Assembly (NCBI GenBank): GCA_002269645.1
Contig: NIVC01003536.1
Location: forward strand, 1-51,575
Length of the DNA: 51,575 nucleotides
Direction: 5' to 3'
Source: Macrostomum lignano
Lineage: Eukaryota
Made by a program: the position numbers and the translations under genes. Numbering within the stretch: the stretch's first letter is position 1; each line of letters starts with the position of its first letter. Positions 35,039 through 47,871 of this stretch are shown piece after piece. Under the pieces are notes generated by a model, which ran no database searches, was not told the DNA's origin, and saw nothing but the letters and a program-made list of their open reading frames with translations.

Positions 35039-38000
35039 TAGAAGAATCTTCTTGAAGAAGTGATCTTCAATTGCTCATTTAATTGACGAAATTTAACCCC
35101 TTTCTTTAGTCTGCTTGCCTCAAGTCCAGTTTGCCCGCCTCAGTCTTTTTGTCTTTATTATTGTTATTAGCTGTTTCCTATATCTCCTACATTTAGTTCA
35201 GTTGCAGGCTGATCGCTCTCTACTCTGTGCTCAGTTGCAGTGTCATTTGCTGTGCAGTACAAGCGATTTCAATCGGGATCATTGCATATTGATGCAGCCT
35301 ACTCGTATGGAGAGAATTGTGGCCGATATTTCGCTAACCTAGGTGTATATGTCTGTGCAACAAACCTTTTCACCATCATTTTGGCCCCAGTATGCAGGGC
35401 TGCATACATTATCTTAGTTTCTCCCACGCGCTGCTCTCTCAATGTGTTTGTTTTACCAGCGCCCAGGGAGCAGGGCTCGAGCTTACATATTTATAAGCGC
35501 TCCTGCCGCAGTTTTTTATGCGCTTTTTCAGACCCTATTGGTCCGGCATGCACAGGCATTTGCCTCTGTTCACACACACACACGCTGGCCAGCTTGTTCT
35601 GGCGGGTTGGCTATGCAGATTGCTGTTGAGATATTGGACTCCGGAGGCGGGCGGGGGCGGACGGGCTGAGGCCCCAACGGTCAGGACTCGCTCGGGAGCC
35701 CGTGAGGGGGGGGGGCGGACAAACAGGCGTTAACGAGGGCCACAATTTACGCGTGCGCGCCCCCTTTCTCTTCTCCCTCTTCTCTCCTCTGAAAGTGTTC
35801 TCTCCTATCCCTCAGTGAATTGATTTGATTAGCCCTGATTCCCAATGATTTGCTGCCCGTCTGCTTCTGCGGGGGCATGGCGGCGTCCCCCTCTCCGTGT
35901 TGGTCTTTCTTTGCACCCCCTAGCTCGCTCAAAATGCTGCTTTTTGGCTTCGGCTTGTCCTCGCCACCCCTTCCCCAGTCGCTGCTGATTTGTGTGCGGC
36001 TCTGAACTGCACGCCAGATATTCCCTACTCTGCCTCTCCCCCTTCCCTTTTCTTCTCCTCCTCACCCTCCGCTAATCCCCAATCCGAGTAGCCCACTGCT
36101 CACTAAGCTTCTTCTATAGTTACTCAGTAGCGATTCTTCCCATTCCTGTTTTCAGTCTGCGTGTCCCTCTCTCTCTCTCTCTCATTGTTTCTCCCGCTCC
36201 GAGATATCCCCCCGAGCCCCCGGCAGCACCGCAGATAGACGGGAGCGTCAGCGCCAAGCCGCTGATGATATGGTTATGAAGCGCCGGCATCAGGATATCT
36301 ATTCCGCTTACGCACTCTCCGCCGCTGGCGACTTGCAGTTCCGACTGCCGCTCATGGCTGTGGTAAGAATTGAGCATTAAAGAGCGGTAGCTGGCCTGTG
36401 CTGGCATGTAAAACTAGTAAACTTTGCTACTAATGGAATAGGCCGTGTTAGATTCACTGTGCCATTTATTTAGGAAGGTCAAATCAGAGGATTTTTATGC
36501 CCCCCCCCCCAGAGGTTCCTCATAATTTTTATACGCCTTGGCCTGCGCTTCTCTGCTCACTTGCCATTTCGTCAGCACGGGGGCGCTTATTGCAGGAAAA
36601 AGATTTCTCTCTTCTAGTGGAGCTAGGAAGACATTGCCTGTCTGGCACTGCTGGAGGGAAGCCCCCCACCCTCAGACAGGGAAGCACGGCAAGAGGAAGG
36701 CTTTGCAGAGCAGAAGCTCAGTAGGTAAAAACTGGTCGGCGGATCAATATCAGGCACTGCGGGGCCACCCCGCATATTCTTCTCTGCAGCTTTCAGCCCC
36801 ATACTTTCTTTAATGAGAATGCAATTTTCCAACTGTGTCCGCCTCTTGATGGAAACCGAAGCCGCAGGCTGGGGATGAAGAAGAAGGAGGCTGGAATTGA
36901 ATTCCACCGGGGCCCTGTCGTCTCCTTTTGCCCAGCCGTGGGGTAGGAGGGGGATGGCTGATTAATGGAATAAAAACATGGCCTTGTTTGCTTGTTAATT
37001 AATTATTTTATCACTTTCTCTCCTCTCTCCCCCTCTCTCCTCTCTACCAAATCTACTATCCTAGGTGAACTCGCGTCCCATACAATAACAGATTTTTTAA
37101 AGCAAAAATTTCTAATTTAAGCGATCTGTGGGCTTGCGCAATCAATGCTTTTGAGAAAAAGGTATCAGTTAAATGGACATGCCTAATATATCGCTTATCT
37201 CACTCCAGCTGTAGCGTAAAAACGCTACATATCGGTAGTGTCAGGATTAGAAGCATCTTCCCGTATTATGACCCGTATCCATCTTTTCACTTTGTCTTTA
37301 AATTTCCGCGCTTGGCAACTACAGTCTTTGCTCATCCCGTCAGCATATTTTGGGTGAGATAGATAGATTCGAGAGCAAGGCGCGGGCGGACAAGGCCAGG
37401 CCTGATCGACCCAGGCCTGATGAAGAACTGCTAAGAAGGAGCTGCCGCTGGGTGGAATATTTTTTCCTCTTTCTACCCGGCGTCCCTCCCCTGCCCCGCC
37501 TCATCTGAGACCCCGCCTCCCAACAGGATGCGGAAAGGCGAGCGGCGCTCCGAGCTCAAACTAGCGCTGCCACCCCGTCTCACTGCTGACTATCCTCGTC
37601 TCTTACTCCCATTTCCTCGCCGCGGAGCCGCCTCCCTTTCGCTTTCCTCCTCCCATCACTCGCCCGCCTATTTTCCAGGTGAACGATCTCGCTATTCACC
37701 TCCCTCCCCCCCCCCTATGGCTCGCGAATAGCGAAATGAAAGAGAGGGAGAGAGAGAGAGACATGGGAATGGTGGGGGCTTTTCGGGGCGAGGTCCATTC
37801 GATACCCGCACCGATTCTTCTTGTGTGTGTAAAGGTGCACGGGTCAAAGGGGTGGAGTGAGGTAGGGAGGGAGCAGTGGCGGCAGTATTATCTGCAGCTC
37901 AGATCGAAGTCGAATACATTGAATACTTTGATACCGCAGCAGCGCGGGTCTTTTGATGCATGCTGCAAGGCATTAAATCGAAGGTTACAAAGGCGTGGCT

Positions 38001-38477
38001 CTTGGCTTTGCCATTGCTGGCATTGCTGGCGGTCTACGAGTATAGTGCTTTTCTAGAGCGTTAATGAAAGCATCCTTTGCTCTTACTTTGGGCTTCTATC
38101 CAGCGCCTAAAAAGCGACTGTGAAAGTCGTCAATAATGAGTCATGCGGGCCGTATTTGAGTCATTGGTTTCTGAGTAGTTTTGCCTTTAATCCGAGACAC
38201 TACAGAGCTGTTATATGGTAGATAGCACATTATTTAGACTAGTTCTGCATAAAGGTGGGTGGGAGTGGTTGTACTGTCAGGCACCGCGGGGCCACAAGAA
38301 ATGTGAGATTGTTGCTTTAACTGCAATGGGTGAGCCATCCAAGGGAGGTCAAGGGGGTCAGCCGCCCCCGCCCAAGTGTACACAGACCGCCTGATAACCA
38401 GAAAGCCTGGGGCCGATGTACACCCTGTAACTAATGCTACTATGATGACTTGACCACCCGCCCCCTCTCACCTGCAG

Positions 38478-41400
38478 AACATGCTGCAACACGCTACAGG
38501 CGTGTCGCCTCGCAACTCCTCCCCTAGCAACAACAACAACACTAATGTTAGCAGCGGAGTCGGCGCCCTCACCAACGGAGTTGGCAGCGACGCCGACAGG
38601 AAGAGCAACACGAACCTGTACATCCGCGGCCTGCTGCCCAGCGACACGGACGAGACCATCCGGCAGCTGGTGTCCGACACCGCCAGCATCCCGGCCGAGG
38701 CCATCAACTCTACTAAGGCTGTTATGGATGACCAGACTGGACAGTGCAAAGGTGCCCGTCATTTTTTTTGGGGGGGGGGCTGGCTTAGGCTTAGAATAAC
38801 TTGGCAAGTTCCATCGCTGATTCGGAGCTTTGCCTTTTAAAATAGCCTCTCTTACTAATCCTCTATACTCCCCTTCCTCCCTTCTTTACCTTCTTCCTTC
38901 CCCTCTTTACCCTCTTCCTTCTCCTTCTTCCCCCTCTTCCTCCCCCCCTTCCCCTCCGTCTTTTTCTTCCTCTCTCTTATCCGATTGTCCGTGCTTTACA
39001 TCTGAAAGGCCCGTGCGAGTATACCGTCCATTGCTTCGATTTCTAACTGAACCCTTTATCTATGCTCTCACATCTTGCTTTTGCACCTTTTCCCTGCGCA
39101 TCTCTGGTCTCTTCACAATTCCCTTCTTTCCAAGCAGCTTGCGGCGCTTGAGCTCCAGCTAATAGCATTCACTCGCTGGCCACCGCACTCTCTTACCACG
39201 CTCACTTTGTATCTCACTGTCTCACTGTCGGAGTCTCACTGTCTCATTGTCGGAGTCTCACTGTCTCACTGTCGGAGTCTCACTGTCTCACTGTCTCAGT
39301 CTCACTGTCTCACTGTCGGAGTCTCACTGTCTCATTGTCGGAGTCTCACTGTCTCACTGTCGGAGTCTCACTGTCTCACTGTCTGAGTCTCACTGTCTCA
39401 CTGTCGGAGTCTCACTGTCTCAATGTCGGAGTCTCACTGTCTCACTGTCTGAGTCTCACTGTCTCACTGTCGGAGTCTCACTGTCTCAATGTCGGAGTCT
39501 CACTATCTCACGTCGGAGTCTCACTGTCTCACTGTCGGAGTCTCACTATCTCACTGTCGGAGTCTCACTGTCTCAATGTCCGAGTCTCACTGTCTCACTG
39601 TCGGAGTCTCACTGTCTCAATGTCCGAGTCTCACTGTCTCACTGTCGGAGTCTCACTGTCTCACTGTCGGAGTCTCACTATCTCACGTCGGAGTCTCACT
39701 GTCTCAATGTCGGAGTCTCACTGTCTCAATGTCCGAGTCTCACTATCTCACTATCGGAGTCTCACTGTCTCAATGTCGGAGTCTCACTGTCTCACTTTCG
39801 GAGTCTCACTGTCTCACTGTCGGAGTCTCACTGTCACACATCCCGACTCTCACTTATCTCCCAACGGCACGGCCTTACTCTCCGCTCTTCCTTCTCCGCG
39901 CCGTAGGCTACGGATTCGTTGACTTTCGCGACGAGACGCAGGCCCAGCTGGCGCTGGACGCCTTGACCAAATCGTCTCTGCGCGGAGGCAAACTGCAGAT
40001 CAGCTACGCCCGGGTGAGTGCCCGGACTAAATTCAATTTAGGCAGCAAAATTTCTATATTTCTACTGTCAGTAGCTGATCTAGGCCGCCTACAATAAAGA
40101 CCACGCCCACAAACTGCAATGCGAGATTAATCTTGGAAAAGATTCTATGGCTGTCTGGGTGACAGGGCGCTTTGGCACCTTTAATTGCTTCGTTAATTGC
40201 TTGCATTTACTACTGTATTAGTAGTACAAGTTACTTTTTATGCGCCAAAAACTTGCAATATAACAACTCAATGCCGCTTTCAATCACTACCTACAGGCAA
40301 AGGAGGTAAATATCTACAACAGGTTGCTGGTGCCATTGGGCTAAGTGTGATTTGCTTTGCTAAATAATATTCTGTTGCTTTATTTTTTCTTTTTTTCGAT
40401 AATTTCTTCTTTTTAATTAACCAATTGAAACAGGATTTTTTTGCTGATTTCACTTATATATTACTTAGCTATCTCATAAGGCCTGCGAACCTTTGATCTC
40501 TGTGTAGTCTGCTGTTATTCTTGCGTTGTGCTGACCTTTTTTATTACCTGCCCAACTGTGGGGCTCTGTTCAAACAATCGCTTCAATATTCCCCTCAATA
40601 CTATTCTTAATATTACTGCAATCCAATCCTTATTCATTCTGCCTCTGGAATAATCCCCATATCACATCCCATAGCGTCACTTATAAATATCCCCATTCTG
40701 CATCCCATCACTTATAAATATCCTCATTCTGCATCCCATCACTTATAAATATCCCCATTTTCTATCCCAATCAATATAAATATCCCCATTCCGCATCCCA
40801 TCACTTATAAATATCCCCATTTCCTATCCCAATCAATATAAATATCCCCATTCCGCATCCCATCACTTATAAATATCCCCATTTCCTATCCCAATCAATA
40901 TAAATATCCTTATTCTGCATCCCATCACTTATAAATATCCCCATTTCCTATCCCAATCAATATAAATATCCTCATTCTGCATCCCATCACTTATAAATAT
41001 CCCCATTTCCTATCCCAATCAATATAAATATCCTCATTCTGCATCCCATCACTTATAAATATCCCCATTTCCTATCCCAATCAATATAAATATCCTCATT
41101 CTGCATCCCATCACTTATAAATATCCCCATTTCCTATCCCAATCAATATAAATATCCCCATTCCGCATCCCATCACTTATAAATATCCCCATTTCCTATC
41201 CCAATCAATATAAATATCCTTATTCTGCATCCCATCACTTATAAATATCCCCATTTCCTATCCCAATCAATATAAATATCCTTATTCTGCATCCCATCAC
41301 TTATAAATATCCCCATTTCCTATCCCAATCAATATAAATATCCTCATTCTGCATCCCATCACTTATAAATATCCCCATTTCCTATCCCAATCAATATAAA

Positions 41401-44400
41401 TATCCTCATTCTGCATCCCATCACTTATAAATATCCCCATTTCCTATCCCAATCAATATAAATATCCTCATTCTGCATCCCATCACTTATAAATATCCCC
41501 ATTTCCTATCCCAATCAATATAAATATCCCATTCCGCATCCCATCACTTATAAATATCCCCATTTCCTATCCCAATCAATATAAATATCCTCATTCTGCA
41601 TCCCATCACTTATAAATATCCCCATTTCCTATCCCAATCAATATAAATATCCTCATTCTGCATCCCATCACTTATAAATATCCCCATTTCCTATCCCAAT
41701 CAATATAAATATCCTCATTCTGCATCCCATCACTTATAAATATCCCATTTCCTATCCCAATCAATATAAATATCCTCATTCTGCATCCCATCACTTATAA
41801 ATATCCCCATTCCGCATCTCATCAGGATAAGCATTAGGGATTCAGTAATTTAGGTATCCCAGTACTTACGAGTATTTTAGCCACTGCAGCAAGCGACATT
41901 CGAGCGTACCAAGCAATCTTCCTTCCTTTCATATTTTTACCTGACACCCAGAAATTTGCAGCTCTCTTTCTGCTCGAATTCAGATTCGGTAAACGTTGTA
42001 AATATTGTAGCACTATTTATGTCATGTAGTTAATAACTTGGTAAAAAAATAGCTGAAAGTCATGTGATCTGGCTGGATTACAATTTTAACTAGCTATATT
42101 TCTATAATCGTTTATTATTCAATAGTAAACAGTTTTTGCTTTTATAGAACTTTTAATGCTTAGAATGTATATAACTGGTTAATCACCTATTTAATATTCA
42201 TTATTCCAACTGTAAAACAAGTACATATATAAGAGCTAGCATTTAAATAGCAAGATTGGACATAATAAAGCTGTTCTATTCAGTAAGTATACAATTGACC
42301 AACTGCTTAAATAGTTTTAACATTTTGCATACAAAATCCTTATTCATAAATTTATCGTGTTAACACAGTGTACACAACTTTCGCTTAAACTGTATATGCG
42401 ACAGGGGATTTTTTTAGACTAATTCCCCATGACTGCTTCATATATATACAATACAATATATATCAGTACAATATATATCAGTACATGTATATTTTACATG
42501 CACTACAGCTAACAGGATTATTCTCTGCGAGATTACTGCTGGTGTCTCTGGTATCCCTGGTTGTCCCTGGCTTGCCCTATAGTATATCCCTGGCATCCAT
42601 AGCATACCTGGCATCCCTGGCATACCTGGCATCCCTGGCATCCCAAGCATACCTGGCATCCCTAGCATACCTGGCATCCATAGCATACCTGGCATCCCTG
42701 GCATACCTGGCATCCATAGCATACCTGGCATCCCTGGCATACCTGGCATCCCTGGCATCCCAAGCATACCTGGCATCCCTAGCATACCTGGCATCCCTAG
42801 CATACCTGGCATCCCTGGCATACCTGGCATCCCTGGCATCCCAAGCATACCTGGCATCCCTAGCATACCTGGCATCCATAGCATACCTGGCATCCCTGGC
42901 ATACCTGGCATCCATAGCATACCTGGCATCCCTGGCATACCTGGCATCCCTGGCATCCCAAGCATACCTGGCATCCCTAGCATACCTGGCATCCCTAGCA
43001 TACCTGGCATCCCTGGCATACCTGGCATCCCTGGCATCCCAAGCATACCTGGCATCCCTAGCATACCTGGCATCCCAAGCATACCTGGCATCCCAAGCAT
43101 ACCTGGCATCCATAGCATACCTGGCATCCCTAGCATACCTGGAATCCCTGCACACCTGGCATACCTGGCACATCTAGCTTGCCCTATAGTATATCTCTGG
43201 CATCCCTTGGCATACCTGGCATCCCTGGCATACCTGGCATCCCTGGCACACCTGGCATACCTGGCACACCTGGCATACCTGGCTTGCCCTATATCCCTGG
43301 GATACCTGGGATCCCTGGTATCTGTGACATCCTGCGTCTCCATTACTTAGGTCTGTCCACCTCTTACAAACGTTACTCATTCTGTGCCCGATGCCGGTGC
43401 AGGAGTTATCATATAATATGCTTAGAATGCACTGAGAGCTTGAGAGCTCCTATCAGATACTGCCGTGCATCCGCAAGCCGCTCCCGCCCCCTCGCCCGTC
43501 CTTTTCCGCACCCTCCGGACCCGCGCCAGGACTCCGAGAAGGACCCGACTAACATCTATATAAAAAACCTGCCGACCCGGCCCGAGTGCAACGAGGACTG
43601 GATGAGCCACAAGCTGGCCGAGGACCTCACCAAGGCCATCACTGGCCGGATCGTGTCCTGCCGGGTGATGCGGGCCACCGACCGGGCACCAGGCAGCAGA
43701 CCAGCGCCACCGGGGCCGGCTTCATCCGGTTCGAGAAGGAGCAGGTGAGAGACTCGGTGCTGCTGCAACAGCAACTGCTTGACCTATTCATACCTGACCC
43801 AATCCTGAGTTGAGTCCGCCCACACTGCATCCCCGCAGGACGCCCTCACCGCCATCGCCTTCATCAACAAGCACGGCGCCAGCCTAGGCCAAAAGTACGG
43901 CTGCCCTCGACCGCTCGAGGCCAAGCTGGCCGACAAGACCAATCAGCGCAAGAAGCAGCGGGCCGCCGCCGCTGCCGCCGCCGCATCCACTGCGGGAAGC
44001 CTCGGCCCGCACGGCCACTCCATGCAGCACGGCGTCGGAGGCGGCGGCGCCGTGGCTACGCCGACCAGTGCGTCAGCTGCCGCTGCCGCTGCTGCAGCCG
44101 CTGCCGCAGCCGCTGCCGCCGCCGGCGGTGGCCTCGTGGGAGCTGGGCAGCTGCCGCTGGGCCTCCTGCAGCCGGGCACCCCGGCAGCCGCCGCCGCCGC
44201 TGCAGCCGCTGCCGCAGCCGCCGGCTACCCGGCCAGGGCGGCGCCGGCGCCGGCCGGGCTGGCCTATCCGCCTGGCGCCCAGCTGCTGCAGGCCGGCTCC
44301 ATCTACAGCCATCACCAGCCTCATCATCACCAGGTGCCTGTGTCCGCCATGCCGGCCGTTGCCCCGACCGCCTCCTCGTTGGCTGCGGCGGCCGCGGCGG

Positions 44401-45469
44401 CTGCCGCTTACAGCCGGCCTCAGGCGGGCGCTGCCGCCGCCCAGTCCGCCGCCTACATGTACGCGGCCGCCCCGCAGCCGCAGCAGATGACGGCGGCCAC
44501 CGCTCCAACTGCTTCCATGTTCCAGGTGAGCAGCTGAGCTAAGTTGGGCAGCTGAGTTGAGTACATGTAGCTGAGATGGCAGCTGAGTTGAGTACATGTA
44601 GCTGAGTCGGGCAGCTGACTTGAGTAATGTAGCTGAGATGGCAGCTGAGTTGAGTACATGTAGCTGAGATGGGCAGCTGAGTTGAGTACATGTAGCTGAG
44701 ATGGGCAGCTGAGTTGAGTACATGTAGCTGAGATGGGCAGCTGAGTTGAGTACATGTAGCTGAGATGGGCAGCTGAGTTGAGTACATGTAGCTGAGATGG
44801 GCAGCTGAGTTGAGTACATGTAGCTGAGATGGGCAGCTGAGTTGAGTACATGTAGCTGAGTCGGGCAGCTGAGTTGAGTACATGTAGCTGAGTCGGGCAG
44901 CTGAGTTGAGTACATGTAACTGAGTCGGGCAGCTGAGTTGAGTACATGTAGCTGAGTCGGGCAGCTGAGTTGAGTACATGTAGCTGAGTCGGGCAGCTGA
45001 GTTGAGTAAATGTAGCTGAGATGGGCAGCTGAGTTGAGTACATGTAGCTGAGTCGGGCAGCTGAGTTGAGTACATGTAGCTGAGTCGGGCAGCTGAGTTA
45101 AGTACATGTAGCTGAGTCGGGCAGCTGAGTTGAGTACATGTAGCTGAGTCGGGCAGCTGAGTACAGTCACTGTTTTTCGACTAGCAATCCGAGAAGTCCG
45201 CTGCCGCCCCTCCACCGCCACTGCAGCGCGGCTCTTGGATCAGCTACGACCCGTCGTCCGCCTACGCGCTGTTCGCTGGCGCCGGTCACCCGCAGATGCT
45301 GCAGAACCCGCAGCAGCAGCAGCAGCAGCAGCCACAGCAGCAGCCGCCTCCGCCGCCACCACCCCAAATGTACGGCGAGGCTCCGCAGCCGCCGCCGCAG
45401 TTTTATTACGCCAGCATCGATCCGTCGGCCGCCTATCAGCACCTGGGTCTGGCCGTTGATCAGCAGTGA
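38478..45469 (+). CDS. shep: RBMS1/2/3-, alan shepard- and sup-26-like two-RRM RNA-binding protein. Core exons 38478-38751, 39907-40013, 43530-43744 (one base missing near 43682), 43839-44525, 45185-45469
   Basis: RRM1: NTNLYIRGL...NSTKAVMDDQTGQCKG|YGFVDF. Linker and RRM2: EKDPTNIYIKNLP...GAGFIRF. Then PLEAKLADKTNQRKK, matching the RBMS pattern (TNLYIRGL, STKAILD, CKGYGFVDF, EQDPTNLYISNLP, PLLCKFAD..KKR). All junctions GT-AG and phase-compatible once one base is restored. Ala/Gln/Pro-rich tail, TGA at 45467-45469. Confidence 0.88.
39212..39833. repeat. Minisatellite, 22-bp unit CGGAGTCTCACTGTCTCACTGT, in the intron splitting RRM1
   Basis: Direct reading. Confidence 0.95.
40668..41820. repeat. 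Minisatellite, 61-bp unit CCCATCACTTATAAATATCCCCATTTCCTATCCCAATCAATATAAATATCCTCATTCTGCAT-type, about 19 copies
   Basis: Direct reading; the unit is itself a dimer of related ~30-bp halves. Confidence 0.95.
42545..43320. repeat. Minisatellite built from 9-bp subunits (GCATACCTG / GCATCCC[T/A][G/A])
   Basis: Direct reading; gives GMPGML / YLASLA / DARYAR artefact ORFs. Confidence 0.95.
44530..45162. repeat. Minisatellite, 32-bp unit GGGCAGCTGAGTTGAGTACATGTAGCTGAG[AT/TC], filling the last shep-like intron
   Basis: Direct reading; occupies almost all of intron 44526-45184. Confidence 0.96.
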
Positions 45470-45532
45470 TAGGTGTCCGCTGCGCCTAGACCTCTGACAT
45501 TGCGGCCAGTTCAAGGTGTCCTGCTTGCACCT

Positions 45533-45535
45533 GTG

Positions 45536-45592
<57 letters not shown>
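45533..45592. repeat. (GTCT)n in the shep-like 3' UTR
   Basis: Direct reading. Confidence 0.95.
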
Positions 45593-45600
<8 letters not shown>

Positions 45601-46796
45601 TCGCAAGCTGAACTGAACAAAAAACCCAGAGAGATCCCGAGTCAGTTCGACGTCCCCCATCTCTCATTCCCCCTTGTTCCCCTGGTCCCACTTTTCTCCC
45701 TCCCTCTCTCTCTCTCTCTCCCTCCCTCTCTCTCTCTCTCTCTTCTCTCTCTTTTTTTCTCTCTCTCTTCTAGTCCTTTTACTGATTTTTATTTTCTTGG
45801 CCGTCTTCGATCGCCTCAGGCTTTGTGTTTTTGTATTACCACCGAGCTACCTGTCTGACCCCAGCTTCGCGACTGTCCCGCTCTGGCTCCGTAGTCGGCC
45901 CGCCACACACAAGTCTCTTTTTTACTTTACCAAAAACTTCTTTTTTTGGCTTGTCAGCGTTTTTTTCTTAGCTGCCAGAAATTGCACCTCGCTCGCCAGG
46001 CGGTTTACTTTTTAACCTTCCAACGCTCTTTTTTTCGTTTGTTTTGATCTCGCCGCCTCGCCGCGATTACAGGGTTGAACAAAATTATTCGACTGCTTCT
46101 GTGACGGCTTCTTCAATCCGGAGTCCGTTTCTGTGATGGCAGTGACTTCGGGCCCTCCGCTCTGTCTGTTTGTTTTGTGTTTTGTTTTTTTTGCTTCTTG
46201 CTTCAGGGCGGTGATCCTTCAGCAACCCCTTGACCCCCCCCCTCGCCTGTCCCCTGTAAATAACTGGGTCCGGCAGTTCGAACCCCCGTTTGGGATTGAG
46301 TGGTTTCTTAAAACAGAGAATTTTTTCTTCTTTTTTGGCTTTGCTTTGCTGTTGTTGCTCTGTCTCTGTATTGGTATACCGTTGTCTGTCCGCGGCTGCC
46401 CGCCATCAGCACTAAAGCTAATTTATAGTGTTTGTACTTTTCTAAAAGGCTTGTCATTAAAAGCAGACACACAAAAAGTTGCAGAAAAATCTCCTGAACC
46501 TGATTGAAATTTTCTTCCTTCTCCTTCTGGTCTCCGCCATTGTGTTTTGTCTCCGGAAATTTTTTCTCTTCAGTTGATTTTGTCAGTCGAGGGGGGGGGC
46601 GATTTTTTTTCTGTCCGTCTGTCCGGCCGACTGTCTCGATCCACGATCAGCGCTGACATCAGTAATTAATATAAAGTTCAATGCTGGAGCTACAGGTACC
46701 AATTCTTTCTTCTGTTCTACTTCTACTGCCGAGAATCCCACGTGTTCACATCGCGTTATCGTTTTGCTTTCTGCTTTGATGTTTGGTGCTCTCTGC

Positions 46797-47393
46797 TGAT
46801 TGGTCAGAAATTGCCAGGGAATCTGATTGGTCAGAAATGTGCCCAGAGAATCTGATTGGTCAGGATGGAAATGCCCAGAGAATCTGATTGGTTAGGATGG
46901 AAATGCCCAGAGAATCTGATTGGTCAGAAATGCCCAGAGAATCTGATTGGTCAGGATGGAAATGCCCAGAGAATCTGATTAGTCAGAAATACACAGATAA
47001 TCCGATTGGTCAGGATGGAAATACACAGATAATCTGATTGGTCAGGATGGAAATGCCCAGAAAATCTGATTGGTCAGAAATACACAGATAATCTGATTGG
47101 TCAGGATGGAAATGCCCAGAAAATCTGATTGGTCAGAAATACACATAATCTGATTGGTCAGGATGGAAATACCCAGATAATCTGATTGGTCAGGATGGAA
47201 ATACCCAGATAATCTGATTGGTCAGGATGGAAATACCCTAAGAATCCGATTGGTCAGGATGGAAATACCCTAAGAATCGATTGGTCAGGATGGAAATACC
47301 AAGATAATCTGATTGGTCAGGATGGAAGTAGCTACCTAGAGAATCTAATTAATCAGGATGGAAGTAGCTACCTAGAGAATCTGATTGGTCAGA
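46797..47393. repeat. Minisatellite, 26-33 bp units each containing TGATTGGTCAG (reverse CCAAT), about 18 copies of the motif
   Basis: Direct reading. Confidence 0.93.
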
Positions 47394-47399
47394 AAACAG

Positions 47400-47405
47400 T
47401 TTATT
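47400..47405 (-). terminator. Probable polyadenylation signal (AATAAA on minus) of the 14-3-3 gene
   Basis: TTTATT on plus, about 190 nt past the TGA at 47594-47596. Confidence 0.5.
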
Positions 47406-47593
47406 TGAGGGATTGTATTACAGAGAATTCCTTACGCACTGCATATATTTATGGTTGAATGCATCCTTAGTTACACATACAAGACGCTTACTACTTAACT
47501 TAAATCAGAGGGCCTGCGCGAACAGAAATGTTTGCATGTCAATCCAAGCGGAAAACATGGATCTGCGCATTCTGGCTCGAATTCGAGCAGTTC

Positions 47594-47846
47594 TCAGTTT
47601 GATTTGTCAGAATCTCCGCAGTGCTCCGCCGACCAGAGCTGCAATTGAATTGAAGAATCTCTTCGGTGTTTGTGGATATTTTTTATCGAGTTGGGAATTA
47701 CATTGGGAAATTCCCCAGTCACTAACCGTGATGTTATCCCTGAGCAGCTGCATGAGGAGGCTGGCGTCTTTGTACGACTCGTCCGAAGGCAGCTTGTCCA
47801 GCTCCTGGATCGCTGCAGAATAAGCCTTGGGAGATCGGTGGGCCAG
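47594..47846 (-). CDS. 14-3-3: 3' end of a 14-3-3 gene: exon (recognisable part) 47846-47727 and last exon 47638-47594
   Basis: Minus-strand translation LAHRSPKAYSAAIQELDKLPSDESYKDASLLMQLLRDNIT | LWSAEHCGDSDKSN*, vs canonical [32 protein letters not shown]|LWTS. The 88-bp GT-AG phase-0 intron (47639-47726) is at the widely conserved DNLT|LW position. The 5' boundary of the upstream exon is unclear. Confidence 0.88.
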
Positions 47847-47871
47847 GTATTTATAGACTTGTGAGTGCCCG

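Noticed and set aside
42438-43343. Collagen/elastin-like GMPGML ORF
   Set aside because: 9-bp subunit minisatellite, antisense inside an intron; open in multiple frames on both strands.
44056-45691. Overlapping alternative-frame and antisense ORFs over the Ala/Gln-rich exons
   Set aside because: Expected shadows of GC-rich low-complexity coding sequence and the 32-bp repeat.
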